The translations under genes and the position numbers were made by a program. The notes beneath the pieces are model-generated. The model made no database searches. It was not told the DNA's origin and was given only the letters and a program-made list of their open reading frames with translations. A DNA stretch of 62,984 nt, the filler included, from Asterionella formosa (Eukaryota): the NCBI GenBank assembly GCA_002256025.1. It is 23 parts of 23 records of this genome, joined end to end, with 100 filler letters (N's around TTAATTAATTAA, not from the genome) between each part and the next. Parts side by side here need not be neighbours in the genome. Positions count along the whole stretch, not along the records: positions 1 to 2,654 come from NKIB01014994.1; positions 2,755 to 5,408 come from NKIB01014995.1; positions 5,509 to 8,160 come from NKIB01014996.1; positions 8,261 to 10,910 come from NKIB01014997.1; 19 more parts are not named here. The stretch is one strand, 5' to 3'. Shown piece after piece: positions 1 to 11,010 of the stretch (its first letter is position 1; each line of letters starts with the position of its first letter).

Positions 1-1
1 A

Positions 2-994
2 TTTGACAAAATCATCATGATTGCCTGATTGTTTGTTTTTTCGATAGGCAACTTGATAATGATGATTAATGTATCCCATTACCAATGAAAAGTCTTTGGA
101 AGTGAGGACATCATATTTTTTTGCGTAGTCAGCATCAATTCCAACTTGGTCCCAGTATTCATCTTCGGGAAATGCTAGAATGATGCAGTCGTCATCCTCA
201 TCATCATTATATGTGACAACAAGTCGATCGAAAATGAACTTGTGTCGAAATCTTCTTGCATCAAGTTCAGCCAGAGTTGGTGGCTGACCTAGACGCAAAA
301 AATCACTGCGATGCTTGTTGCACATGTAGACATTAATGACACGGAAGTATGTGTTGATGCAGGTCACAGCATCTGGAGGGGTTGACTTTGCCTGTGCCTT
401 ATTCTTTTTTGCCTTTTTCACAGGAGGGGTCACTTCCTCATGTTCAAACTGAGGATCGACCAAAGACTCATGTGGCTGCACTGCTGTTGCCTCTTGAACT
501 TTTTCGTTCCTTTCATCATTATCATCTTCGCAATCTTCATCGACTTTGAATTCCTCATCATTAATTGATGAATCTTCGTGATTATCATTATCACTATCCA
601 ATTCAATGTCTGATTCATTGACAATGAAAGATCTAGGGTATGTCCTCTGTGACAAGCTGTCTCTCTTCAAAAGTCGAGCAATCAGAGCAACAGTGAAAGC
701 CTTCTTCGCATTTTTGTATCCAGAAACTTTGTATCTGACGCAAATTTTTCGGAGAACCTTGACCGAGATCTGCTTCATTGCAACACCTTTGATGAAAATC
801 ACCTTTGTCCTTTCACTATCAAGCACAAAGTCATCAGGAAGTATGAGGGAGTCAACAAATCGATCGACTTCAGTATCTGTAGCAAGAGACTGCATTGTAT
901 TGTTGAAGGTGGTGGGTCGATCTTGATATACAGTGGTCTTCACATCAACAGTTGTTGTTTGCGTTTGTGTGACTGGTTCCATATGCGGTTCCAT
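2..994 (-). CDS. 331-codon ORF open to the window edge (missing from the ORF track); stramenopile repeat-family protein, probably the accessory ORF of a PIF/Harbinger-like DNA transposon
   Basis: Manual translation from ATG at 994: MEPHMEPVTQ...acidic tract...KKAKKNK...YFRVINVYM..F...G.PPTLAELD...Y.VAYRKNKQSGNHDDFVK with no stop. The FR.INV / ELD / SG.H..F pattern resembles a multicopy oomycete/diatom TE-associated family (recalled, not searched). Confidence 0.6.
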   Translation of the reverse strand, partial: MEPHMEPVTQTQTTTVDVKTTVYQDRPTTFNNTMQSLATDTEVDRFVDSLILPDDFVLDSERTKVIFIKGVAMKQISVKVLRKICVRYKVSGYKNAKKAFTVALIARLLKRDSLSQRTYPRSFIVNESDIELDSDNDNHEDSSINDEEFKVDEDCEDDNDERNEKVQEATAVQPHESLVDPQFEHEEVTPPVKKAKKNKAQAKSTPPDAVTCINTYFRVINVYMCNKHRSDFLRLGQPPTLAELDARRFRHKFIFDRLVVTYNDDEDDDCIILAFPEDEYWDQVGIDADYAKKYDVLTSKDFSLVMGYINHHYQVAYRKNKQSGNHDDFVK

Positions 995-1247
995 TTGCCT
1001 TGCTTGTAGTATCTTCAGGGAGATTCAAATGACTGATCTGTAGTAACAAATACACAAAAACACTAGGGAGTTATAAGATGGCCAAGTATAACTTTCTGTC
1101 TGGTGCCGTATAATTGTATCAATGGTGTTGCTTGGACGATGCACGCAGCCAGCATAAAATTGAAGGAATAGTATATGCCATTGATATTATCACTGGTACC
1201 TTGCCTTGCAGGCTTATTTTCGGTTATTTTATTAGTGACAACGGAAA

Positions 1248-1416
1248 TGATACCCGCGTGAAAACGTCAGTATCACTGATACCGTTTTTGGAGGGGGCAA
1301 AAAAAGGTATCAATTTTGTATCAATGATACAAAATTGATACTATCAAGTTACCATTGCTGATACCGTGTTTTGATACCAACCGTCACTTTTTGCCTGCAC
1401 CCCGGAAATGATACAG
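1248..1416. repeat. Cluster of TGATAC/GTATCA motifs in both orientations; candidate subterminal repeats of a DNA transposon
   Basis: About 10 copies of TGATAC(C) or its complement within about 170 bp, upstream of the 2-994 ORF. Confidence 0.5.
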
Positions 1417-2654
1417 CAAATTCGGAATGATAAGAACGACCCTAAAATCGTCTCTATGCATCGTGATCATCACTTAGTGCCGTACTAGGTTTTATGCTAA
1501 TTTTATTCTTCGAAACAGGGAAACGTCAAGAAAGCACAACAATGACTCGAGCAGTAGAGGGCATGTATCAAAATTCTTTCAAACACACTTGAACACATGA
1601 AAAACTTATCCGTGTACTCAATACAAAAAAGGATTCCATAAATTAATTTAGCCTTTGGTAGGATGCTACTATGATCTAGTACTAGGCAGCTAGCGGACAA
1701 TCGTCCGGGAGAACGCCATGTAGGTGATCTTCACCATAACTTCAACCGAAAATCACCAGCTTCACCGTGTCACGTTTTTAACTCAGAACAAAATTCAGCT
1801 AAATATCTCGATTACCGGACCTTCATTTGGTCCCAACAATTTCCTGAAAATGCATTTATTCATAGATTGGACATTTCCCATGGATGCTTTTGCTTGGCTG
1901 GTGTCCTTTTGAACCTGTATGTAAGAGCTCACTTCAAGCCGAATCAATTCACGGCGAACGACGGCTAATATAATTTATCATTAATGCGCCTATGTACGTA
2001 CCAGGGTATGCCGGCTACAACAGCAGCGCTCATCCTCGTGCTTTCGCGCTCCTGCTTGCATTGCTTTGTTTTGCGTCTCAATGAAAACAACCGGTGGCCT
2101 ATTAGCTATAGCGCATTCGTATACTACCGAAAGTAGTACCTGGTACCTGGTACCAGTACCGGTAATCAAGAATATGTGGTGCTTTCAAATTTGAACCTGG
2201 CATCACCCATCATTGTTTCTTCGGATCGACTCATATCAATTCCTTGCATTTTATTATATGCTTCTGTTATAACACATTGTGCGCTACATACTAAAAGCTA
2301 CTTTGGCATACCGGTAAATTGCTCAATACGCTGGTAAGAACAGACGGTTGCTTGAAAGGAAAACAGAACCAATGTAGCTGGTGTCACGACCAACCGAGAG
2401 AAGCGCAAACCAGACATTACAGTTGAAACTGACATGAGATTTCAAAGTAGCAGTTTCTCATTTGAATTTGAATCTCATCCGACTTGTCGCGTTTGCTCCT
2501 TTCTTTCCTTGCATAAACTAGACTCAGGCATTTTACTTTGAATCCTCAGCATATAGATCGTCATGTCATACTCGTGGGACGACGAAGACCTCAGAAGCCA
2601 TCGTGGGACGGATGTCTCCAGAAGTAGAGGTCCAGAGGAGGACACCTTCACTGA

Positions 2655-2754
2655 NNNNNNNNNNNNNNNNNNNNNNNNNNNNNNNNNNNNNNNNNNNNTT
2701 AATTAATTAANNNNNNNNNNNNNNNNNNNNNNNNNNNNNNNNNNNNNNNNNNNN
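2655..2754. other. Artificial contig-joining spacer (first of 22 identical 100-bp spacers)
   Basis: 44 N + TTAATTAATTAA + 44 N. Further copies start at 5409, 8161, 10911, 13661, 16410, 19159, 21906, 24652, 27398, 30143, 32887, 35630, 38369, 41108, 43847, 46585, 49322, 52057, 54791, 57523 and 60254. The contigs between them never increase in length. Confidence 0.99.
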
Positions 2755-4089
2755 GGCTTTTCCATCAGCATTGGATATCTTCACTTTGTTCTTGTCATTC
2801 ACAGCCAAGTTCCTAAGTGCTCCACAACCATACTCTTGCACAGTAGCATTTGAGGAATGAATCTTCATTGCAGACAGAATCATAGTGATACCTCCTGCTT
2901 CAGCAATTGTCACCTCGTTGTTGTCATTCTTAGCCAAGTTCGCAAGTGCTCCACAACCATATCCTTGCACAGTAGCATTGGAGGAATGACTCTTCATTGC
3001 AGACAGAATCATAGTGATACCTCCTGCTTCAGCTATCGTCATCTTGTTGTTTTCATTGCAAGCCAAGATCCTAAGTGCTGAACAACCATTTTCTTGCACA
3101 GTTGCATTGGAGGAATGAGTCTTCATTGAAGACAGAATCATAGTGATACCTCCTGCTTCAGCTATCGTCATCTTGTTTTTTTCATTGCAAGCCAAGATCC
3201 TAAGTGCTCCACAACCATAGTATTGCACATTAGCATTTGAGGAATGAGTCTTCATTGCAGACAGAATCGTAGTGATACCTCCTGCTTCAGCAATCGTCAC
3301 CTCGTTGTTGTCATTCTTAGCCAAGTTCGAAAGTGCTCCACAACCATAGTATTGCACATTGGCATTTGAGGAATGAGTCTTCATTGCAGACAGAATCGTA
3401 GTGATACCTCCTGCTTCAGCTATCGTCATCTTGTTGTTTTCATTGCAAGCCAAGATCCTAAGTGCTGAACAACCATTTTCTTGCACAGTAGCATTGGAGG
3501 AATGAGTCTTCATTGCAGACAGAATCATAGTGATACCTTTTGCTTCAGCAATTGTCACTTGGTTGTTTTCATTATTATAAGCCAAGTTCCAAAGTTCTGC
3601 ACAACCTTCTGTTTGAATGTTAGCATCCTGCTCATTCATTCTCATCTTTGAAAGAACTGCAGCAATCGGAGACGGAATTGAAGTGGCAGGAGACCCTTGG
3701 TTATTCATAGGATCTTGATCGCATCTAGGGCGGCAGTCTCGCACAGTCTCATCAACTCCAAAACAGATTCTCTTTGCGCTCCTAACGAGCTCTGCTTGTA
3801 CGCCATACTCAGACACAATTGGAGCTTCATGCTTATTGCGGTTGTATGAAGCGCTGACTTTGATGTCGCCACACTCTAACCCAATTGCAGCTTCATGCCG
3901 AATCTTTGTAGGGACGTATGAAGCATCGAGGTTATTCGCCATGGGTGATTTATGAAAGGACGCTTCTTTATTCGTGGTGGGATTTGATCGTGCCCGTACT
4001 GCACAGCTGGTTCCTCCTGGTCGTGTTTGAACTACCGTAAAACCTGGTTTCTCGTATCCTTCCAGATACCTGTACCCCCGTTTGTACAT
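2755..4089 (-). CDS. Armadillo (ARM) repeat protein, 3' partial
   Basis: About 7 tandem 43-aa repeats (N..N...IAEAGGI..IL.AMK.H..N..VQ..GC.AL.NLA). DNA period is 129 bp (GCCAAG anchor at 2804, 2933, 3062, 3191, 3320, 3449). The true start codon is uncertain. Confidence 0.9.
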
Positions 4090-4249
4090 CTGGCGCAACA
4101 CTCCCAAATATTTCCCGTGTACAGAAAAAATAGCACAACATAAACGTTTTCTATTTATTGGTATGTATTTTCGTATATTACCGGTACCCTACTGTTTCCA
4201 GTAAAGTATCATCACCTGTAAAATATCGTCACATATACCTTTTGGCAAC

Positions 4250-4642
4250 ATGATAGTTGCGGACGACATTCGTGATGGCGAAATCCTTGGCCTCAGAGGT
4301 ACCACCAATGGAAGAAGCTGTGAGCAGCATGCCTGCTGTGGGGAAATTGTAAGGCCGAATGATTGTGTTCGGTTCAAGGCAGCTGTGGTCCTGATTGATG
4401 GAGTTGATCAGGCAGGTATCAAGGCTGTTCTGATCCTTGATGGGACGTAACTGTGCACGGTTGGTTTCCTTGGCGAGAATATTGCAGCTTTGAAGAAAAC
4501 AAGTGACAAGTTTGTCAACAAGTTCGCTCAAGTTATTGAACTCTATGACTCAAGTGAAAATGCTGCCAAAAGGGCAAAAAGCCACAATAACCTTGGAGTT
4601 TGTTCATTCCGGCTTCTTGAGGACATCCAGATTCAGGAATAG
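4250..4642 (+). pseudogene. Small HIRAN-like protein with a CxxHxCC motif (130 codons, one internal TAA at 4448-4450), carried inside the pogo element
   Basis: Reading through the stop gives DGEILGLRGTTNGRSCEQHACCGEIVRPNDCVRF...AGIKAVLILDGT*LCTVGFLGENIA...FAQVIELYD.SEN..KR.KSH.N.G..SFRLL. The EI.G / IKAV / VGFL spacing resembles HIRAN. Confidence 0.6.
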
Positions 4643-4845
4643 ATGTTATGAAAACTGGACAAGCCTTTGAATACTTCAACCAATCTACACTAGAATGTTA
4701 ATAATAGTATTAGAAATTAGCATTTTCAGCATTAGAATCACTCCGTTTTGGGTTTTTTGTAGTCATCAGCTTAATTTATTTGCCTATTAGGGTTTGCCAT
4801 CCTGAATCTAATTGACGATAATAATTGTTTCACTAAAACTAAATG

Positions 4846-5408
4846 TTAAAATAGATTATCAAATAATCCAATCCTAATTCCTGTTGTTCGAAGCCCAATG
4901 GTCCTTTCGCCTCGGGTTGCCAAAGTCTTTGATCCAAACATGTCAAAATTGATGTTCGTCTCATCAATATTGACAATAAATCCAGCAGGAAATTCGAACG
5001 CAGCAGTTTGATTGTTGACGTAGGAAACAAAATCTTGAATTGTCTCCTGATCCAGCCTTGTATTTTGGGCGACACGAGTCACACGCCTAATGACAATGTC
5101 CTCACGGGCAAGCCAGCGCTTGATCCGTTTTTCAAGTGCCTTCAGTGACACATTTTCGTTCCCAGGTTGCCTCTTAAGCTCAACACTGAGCATACTGGTG
5201 GTGCAGGCCCTATCTTGAAGCCGCAACTGGTCAATAAGAGTCTTCAATCCTTCGAAATCAGCTGCACTTTTTGGAGAGCGACCCGGGTGAGCGATTTTTT
5301 TCATCAACACCTGCCTCTGAATCACACCTTCTTCCTGCAGAGGAATCTCCGCCACCTCCGCCGGAACCACAACCATTGCACCATCCAGCATGGACTTCCA
5401 GCTCCGGA
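4846..5408 (-). pseudogene. pogo-type transposase fragment (CENP-B-like HTH plus first catalytic D), truncated
   Basis: HPGR...LR.QDR...RI.RWL.R..I.IRR.T..AQ...IVNIDETNINFDM....TLA.RGERTI..RTTG; homology then stops abruptly. Confidence 0.85.
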
Positions 5409-5614
5409 NNNNNNNNNNNNNNNNNNNNNNNNNNNNNNNNNNNNNNNNNNNNTTAATTAATTAANNNNNNNNNNNNNNNNNNNNNNNNNNNNNNNNNNNN
5501 NNNNNNNNTTCAACACCATGACTTCAATTACGACTCTTGTTCAATGATTGACAGGGAGGTACAGGTTCTCCCTCCGGTCACTTCCATTTCTTTGTAGAAG
5601 TAGTCTACCCCATC

Positions 5615-8160
5615 ATGTCAACAACAATGAAGGTTTGGTTCCAGTTGTTTCTTGGAGACGCAGCACAAACGCCCTTTAAAGTAACTTTGAATCAGAATGC
5701 TGACGTTGCTGACTTGATCGATGCCGTGAAGATTAAATGTGGTGACGATCTTCAAGGTGTTTCTCCAACGCGGCTCCGTGTGTACCCACCTGGAACTCAA
5801 GTGCCGGTTCCTGAGGGAGCTACTGATGATCCAGCCTTGGATCCTGGAGATCTTATTGCTGTTCTGAATTGGGGATCTAGAAGCAAGAATGCGTTCGTGA
5901 TTATCGCACCTGCTGCTATTGCTATCGGTACAGTTTCAGGAACGAACCGAACGATGTTTTCAGGTTTCATCAAACGCAAAAAGAGTAGCGAAGTTTCCAA
6001 TTCCGCGTCCACGATCAATCCTAATTCTAATGATGGCACCATCACGACCACAAAAAAAACGACTGCTACCTCTCGTCCTGGAGCCGTAAGTGTGAGTGGG
6101 AACTCGACTGTCTTTCGTGTGACTGTTCCAGAAAGTGCCCAACCTGGACAAGAATTTCAAATTTATGCTGGAGGTCGAATTGTTAGAATTCGTTGTCCAT
6201 TAGATTCTAGACCTGGAGAAACATTGCAAATTACAGTCCCAGCGGCAGCAGCTCCTCCTACTACTAATGATGATAATGATGATGATGATGATGGCAACAA
6301 CAATACCAACAACAACAATGATGATGGCATTCGAGTTGGACAACAATTCCCTGTCACTATTACTGATGGCAATGCCAACAACAATACCAACAACAGTCTA
6401 CTACAAGATTCACCAAATGTTCAACCCATTCAAGATGGAAATCAAGGAGGGCCCACTGCTAATATGGATACCATTCCTGATGGCATTCGAGGAGGACAAC
6501 AATTCCCTGTCACTATTCAAGGACAACAACTCATGGTAACTTGTCCACAAAATGCTAGACCAGGTATGAATGTTCCAATTGTACCACCACCAACCAGTAC
6601 AGACATTACCAGTCGTACCAGTATGAATAGTAATACCAGCAACCACAGCAACAACAACAATAACATGTCATCACCACCGCTACCAATTAGAGACCAAGAC
6701 AAGACAACACAATTGCTTGAAGTGGAAGTGCCAAGGGGAGTCTTACCTGGACAACCATTTGCTTTATTCACAGGTGGAGTGAGAGTACTTGTGACATGTC
6801 CAGACGATGCTACCTCTGGACAAAGGATTAGATTCCAATTGCCATTGGCATTGACTCAAAAAACAACCATTTCCAATGAAGCCGCTGCCATTAAACTACC
6901 CTATTTTAAGGATGGATGGCAACGTATCATTCGAGTTTCTGATATGAAATTTCAATGGGTACGAGTGGATGGACGAGGAAATATTGAACTCAGTACGAGA
7001 TTCAATGTGGAAAAGTCGGCATATGTCAGGAAACTGGAATTTAGACCTGGCGATGATCCAAGACATAGAACTGGGATACTCTCTCTTGTACCTGCCAGTG
7101 ACGCAGTTGTAGACTCGAGAATCAAATCAGCAGACAATCGAGACCTTGTAACCTACTCAGACATTGCCAATGCACAAGTCAAGACCTTTGAAGAAAAGGC
7201 CATTTGGTTTCAAGAAACTTGCGCACAATTGTGTGTTCAATGGAATGATGGACACATGAGAATGAATGTCAGACGTCGATTCCTCTTGAGGGATTCTGTT
7301 GATGCAATCATGTCATTGTCACGTAAGGATTTACATAAATTGTGGAGATTCGAATTTGTTAGTGAAATGGGAGTTGATGCTGGTGGATTGGCGAGAGAAT
7401 GGTTTCAGCCTCTCACTGAAGAAATATTTGATCCAAATTTGGGATTGTGGCAAAGTAGTTCAGCCAATCAAATGTGTATGGAAGTCAATCCAGCATCTGG
7501 TATGTGCTTGAAATGTTGTTTGGTGTGTCTTTGTCTTTTACATCATGTGATATTTGTAGATATATATATATATATATTATATTTATTTTACTTTCCACTC
7601 ATACTTGTTTTCATTCTTTTCATTTTTACTATTATGCATACATGCACAGAATATTGCTGTGAAGATCACTTGATTTATTATCGATTCTTGGGTCGGGTCA
7701 TGGGCAAGGCACTCTTTGACCGACAACTTGTTGCTGGTCACATGGTTGGATATATTTACAAACATATCTTGGGCTGGCCTGTCACTTTTGGTGATTTGGC
7801 AATGGTCGATGACGAATATTACAACAATTTGAAGCAATTGCAGACCTTGGCCACGAGTGGGGAAGATTTGAGTATGCTGTGCTTGGACTTTACCACTACT
7901 CAAGATATCATGGGAGTCAAGGAAGAGATTGAACTCATTCCAAATGGTGCAAAAATTGAAGTGGACAATGACAACTTTCCAGAATATTTGGAAGCATGTC
8001 TCAAATACAGAATGTTGGATCGAGTCAAGCCACAATTGAATGAACTATTGTTGGGATTCTTTGATGTTATTCCAGAACCACTCTTGACTATTTTCGACTT
8101 TCAAGAATTGGAACTACTCATGTGTGGTTTGCCTGACATTGACTTGGAAGATTGGAAAGA
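5615..8160 (+). CDS. NEDD4-like HECT E3 ubiquitin ligase with an N-terminal Crinkler-like ubiquitin-fold header; 2 exons (5615-7499, 7650-8160), 3' partial
   Basis: HECT motifs: VRR..LL.DS, F..E.GVDAGGLAREWF, YRFLGRVMGKALFD, IELIPNG..I.V, GFFDVIP..LL.IFD..ELELL.CG...ID..DW. The N-terminus reads VWFQL...KV......DVADL..AVK.....L......L.VY. Confidence 0.92.
7500..7649 (+). other. Spliceosomal intron (150 nt, in frame, no stop codon)
   Basis: GTATGT...AT-rich...TGCACAG. Splicing restores NPAS-EYCCEDHLIYYRFLG, the expected HECT N-lobe continuity. Confidence 0.9.
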
Positions 8161-8260
8161 NNNNNNNNNNNNNNNNNNNNNNNNNNNNNNNNNNNNNNNN
8201 NNNNTTAATTAATTAANNNNNNNNNNNNNNNNNNNNNNNNNNNNNNNNNNNNNNNNNNNN

Positions 8261-10910
8261 TAGAAGCTATCAAGGCTAACAACGGAGGTAAAATGCCATA
8301 TGGCACTATTTCTAAAGTGGTGGAGGCTAGGAAAAGATTGCTCCCATGGCTATCAATTAACCATGTCAAGTACCAGATGAAGAAGAATAAGAAATTATTT
8401 AATGAGATTTACTCTAGTACTACTACATCGACCAGCACATTCTCAGCTGCTATGGGTAATGCCGCCTCATCCTCTCTGACTTTTGCTTCCCTTTCCACAA
8501 TGTCGACCAGCGACTTTAATGTTCCTAGGAACCTTGCCCCCGCCATCCCCACCAATTACGATTCCTCACCAGTAGCACCAGCAACCACCCCAGCAATTGA
8601 TTTATTTTATTTGTTTCAAACACAGCAGGACGAAGAGGAGGGTGGTGGTGAGATATCATTTGATAGCCAGAAGCTAAATGAGCTGACAAGCGCAGAGCAG
8701 AATGACACACACAATATTAAACATACCTGTGAGAATTTTGGTGAGGGCGATATGAGAACAGCAGATGCAGAAGGCAGTATAAGTCAACAAACAACCAGCA
8801 CAATAACCGGAGGAAGACCAAAGGGTGCTACTACAGCTGCTGTACGAGATGTTGGGCAACGACATGAAATTGCCATGAGGGAAATATGTGATTTGTATGC
8901 TGTTGCTCAAGAAAATTTCAAAGATGCCAAGAGGCGAGTAAAAAATGGAACACTTGCGATGATCATAACAGAAGCAAAGGCAAGGAATGGGCTGCCAGAA
9001 GAAACTTTCATGAATAGAAGCACAATTGTCAACAGAGTCTCACAAAAATGGGGCACCGACATGGAAGGGTAAGCCCAATGCTTGCTATAGAACCGTACAT
9101 GGTGGAATTGATTCATCAACTTGCCCGAATGCGAAATCCTATATCTGTCAGTGATGGTCTTCGACTTGCCAACTCCCTAATATCTGGAACTAAAATAGGA
9201 GACACCGTCAATTCATGGAGACAAACTCATTCTTCTGCATACCGATCTAATAAAAATCCGAAACTTGGAATGGGTTACTGGAGAGGGTTCATGAAAAGGA
9301 ACAAAGACTTAGTGACCGCTAAACGTGGTGTTAAATTTGAAAGCAAGCGAGTCGATTGGTGCACTTACAATAATTTTGAAGCAATGTATGAGCAAGTGTA
9401 CAAGGAGATGGTTGCGGGAGGGATTGCTGTTGAATTACCAAATAAGGAATGGTTGAATAAAGAAGGAGTAGTGGTACTTGAGGAAAAGGATGCATTGGGA
9501 CTCCAGACAAAGTATAATTTGATTCGTCCTGACCGGCTGCTTTTTGTTGATGAGGTGGGATCAAACACATCTCAAACTAAAGATGGCAATGTGGGGGGAG
9601 AGTTATTTCTCTGTGGAAAGGGTGAGCGACCACAGCAAAGATCGGAACATAAAGATGCACACTTTACCGTTCTTGGGTTTACAGCTGCAAATGGGAATCC
9701 AATTATGTGTGCCATCATTTTTGCTGCTAAGACTCTCGAAGATGAATGGGTACTTAGTCTTGATACATTTGCAGAGTGGGTGGGAGATGAAAACAAATTG
9801 TTAGCGAACAGTGGAAAGAAAAAAGGTACCCGCAAGGACCAGTGTGCACAGTTGATGGAGTCAACTTACCTACATACTGTTGTGCCTCTGAAAATGGAAG
9901 TATCACAGCAGAGCTACTTGTTGGAATGCACTCACACATGGACAAAACCGGAATTTTTGCACGGGACACTGGCCCACCACCGTTCTTAATTCTTGATGGT
10001 CACGGAAGCCGTTTTGACTTGCTCTTTCTTGAATACATCAATAATCCTGAGCTTAATTGGAATGTCTGCATTGGTGTTCCATACGGGACCTCCTACTGGC
10101 AAGTCGGTGACTCCACTGAATAAAACGGTTGCTACAAAATGGCCATTACAAAAGAGAAGCAGCCAGGAGCTACTCAACCAAGAAAGCGGATCATCGTCAA
10201 GAATTCTCACTCAATAAAGTTGACATTGTCAGAATTGTAAGCACTGCATGGGATGAATCATTTGGTCAAGTTACCTCCAACAGGACTGCAATTGCCAACC
10301 GAGGATGGGGCCCACTCAACTATAATGTTCTCAATCACTCTGAAATCCAACTTACAAAGACAAAATTGAAAAATGGCACCCAAAACAACAACACTGGAAA
10401 TGCTACTTCTCCCCAAGAATTAAATCTGTCAGATGGATATGCTGGCACTCTAGTTGACCGTGTTGTTGAATACAGGAATCGTGAAGATGCTCGAAATGGA
10501 ATCGACATTGATGCCCAAGCCCATCAATGCAAGGAAACAGCCCAAGCCCATCTCGACTCCCACAAGAAAAGAATCTCTGCCGGCCTATTGGCATCTGCTG
10601 GCATTCATGCTCTTGGACCAAATGTGCTTGCATCTGCACTGGTGAGAAAGAGAAAGGCAGAGGAACTGGTTATTGAGCGTCAAAACAAAAGGCAGCATGA
10701 ATTTATGAAGCTACGAAACAAATTTTTGGCTCTACGCGCAGCCAACAAGCCTGAGCATATGCTGTCAGTTCCTGAAATTAAGATCCTTGTGCGATGGTTT
10801 CGACGCAACGGAGATTTCCCGGTACCACAAACAATACAAGCCCTACTTACCCGCTTTGGAGATACCTCACACCGAGGAGACCAGCAGGCGCCAGCAGAAG
10901 AGATCAAAAC
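8261..10910 (+). mobile_element. Degenerate DDE_1 (pogo/Fot1-like) transposase
   Basis: Four overlapping ORFs carry successive motifs: NGGKMPYG, GGRPKG, SPML.IEP, G.GYWRGFMKRN, LFVDEVGSNTSQ, HFTVLGFT, GSIT.ELL, LILDGHGSRF, YGTSYWQVGDS.E, AIA.RGWGPLN. Frameshifts near 9060, 9820 and 10160, plus a stop at 10121. Confidence 0.9.
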
Positions 10911-11010
10911 NNNNNNNNNNNNNNNNNNNNNNNNNNNNNNNNNNNNNNNNNNNNTTAATTAATTAANNNNNNNNNNNNNNNNNNNNNNNNNNNNNNNNNN
11001 NNNNNNNNNN

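Larger units (their letters stand above)
4190..5408 (-). mobile_element. pogo/Tigger-like (Tc1-mariner superfamily) DNA transposon, one terminus present, internally deleted
   Basis: TA (4190-4191) is followed by CTGTTTCCA and a tandem direct repeat GTAAAGTATCATCAC / GTAAAATATCGTCAC (4201-4232), the layout typical of pogo TIRs. Contains a transposase fragment and a small convergent ORF. Confidence 0.7.

Noticed and set aside
2699..2710. Regularly spaced TTAATTAATTAA as a biological repeat or CRISPR-like array
   Set aside because: Always embedded in exactly 44+44 N; it is a synthetic six-frame-stop linker
4448..4450. Stop-codon recoding (in-frame TAA here and at 10121 and 24940)
   Set aside because: All lie in decayed transposons that also carry deletions, frameshifts or further stops; host genes use TAA as a normal stop
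7500..7649. Apparent transmembrane insertion inside the HECT domain (CLKCCLVCL...FILFIF)
   Set aside because: It is a 150-nt GT-AG intron that happens to be in frame and stop-free
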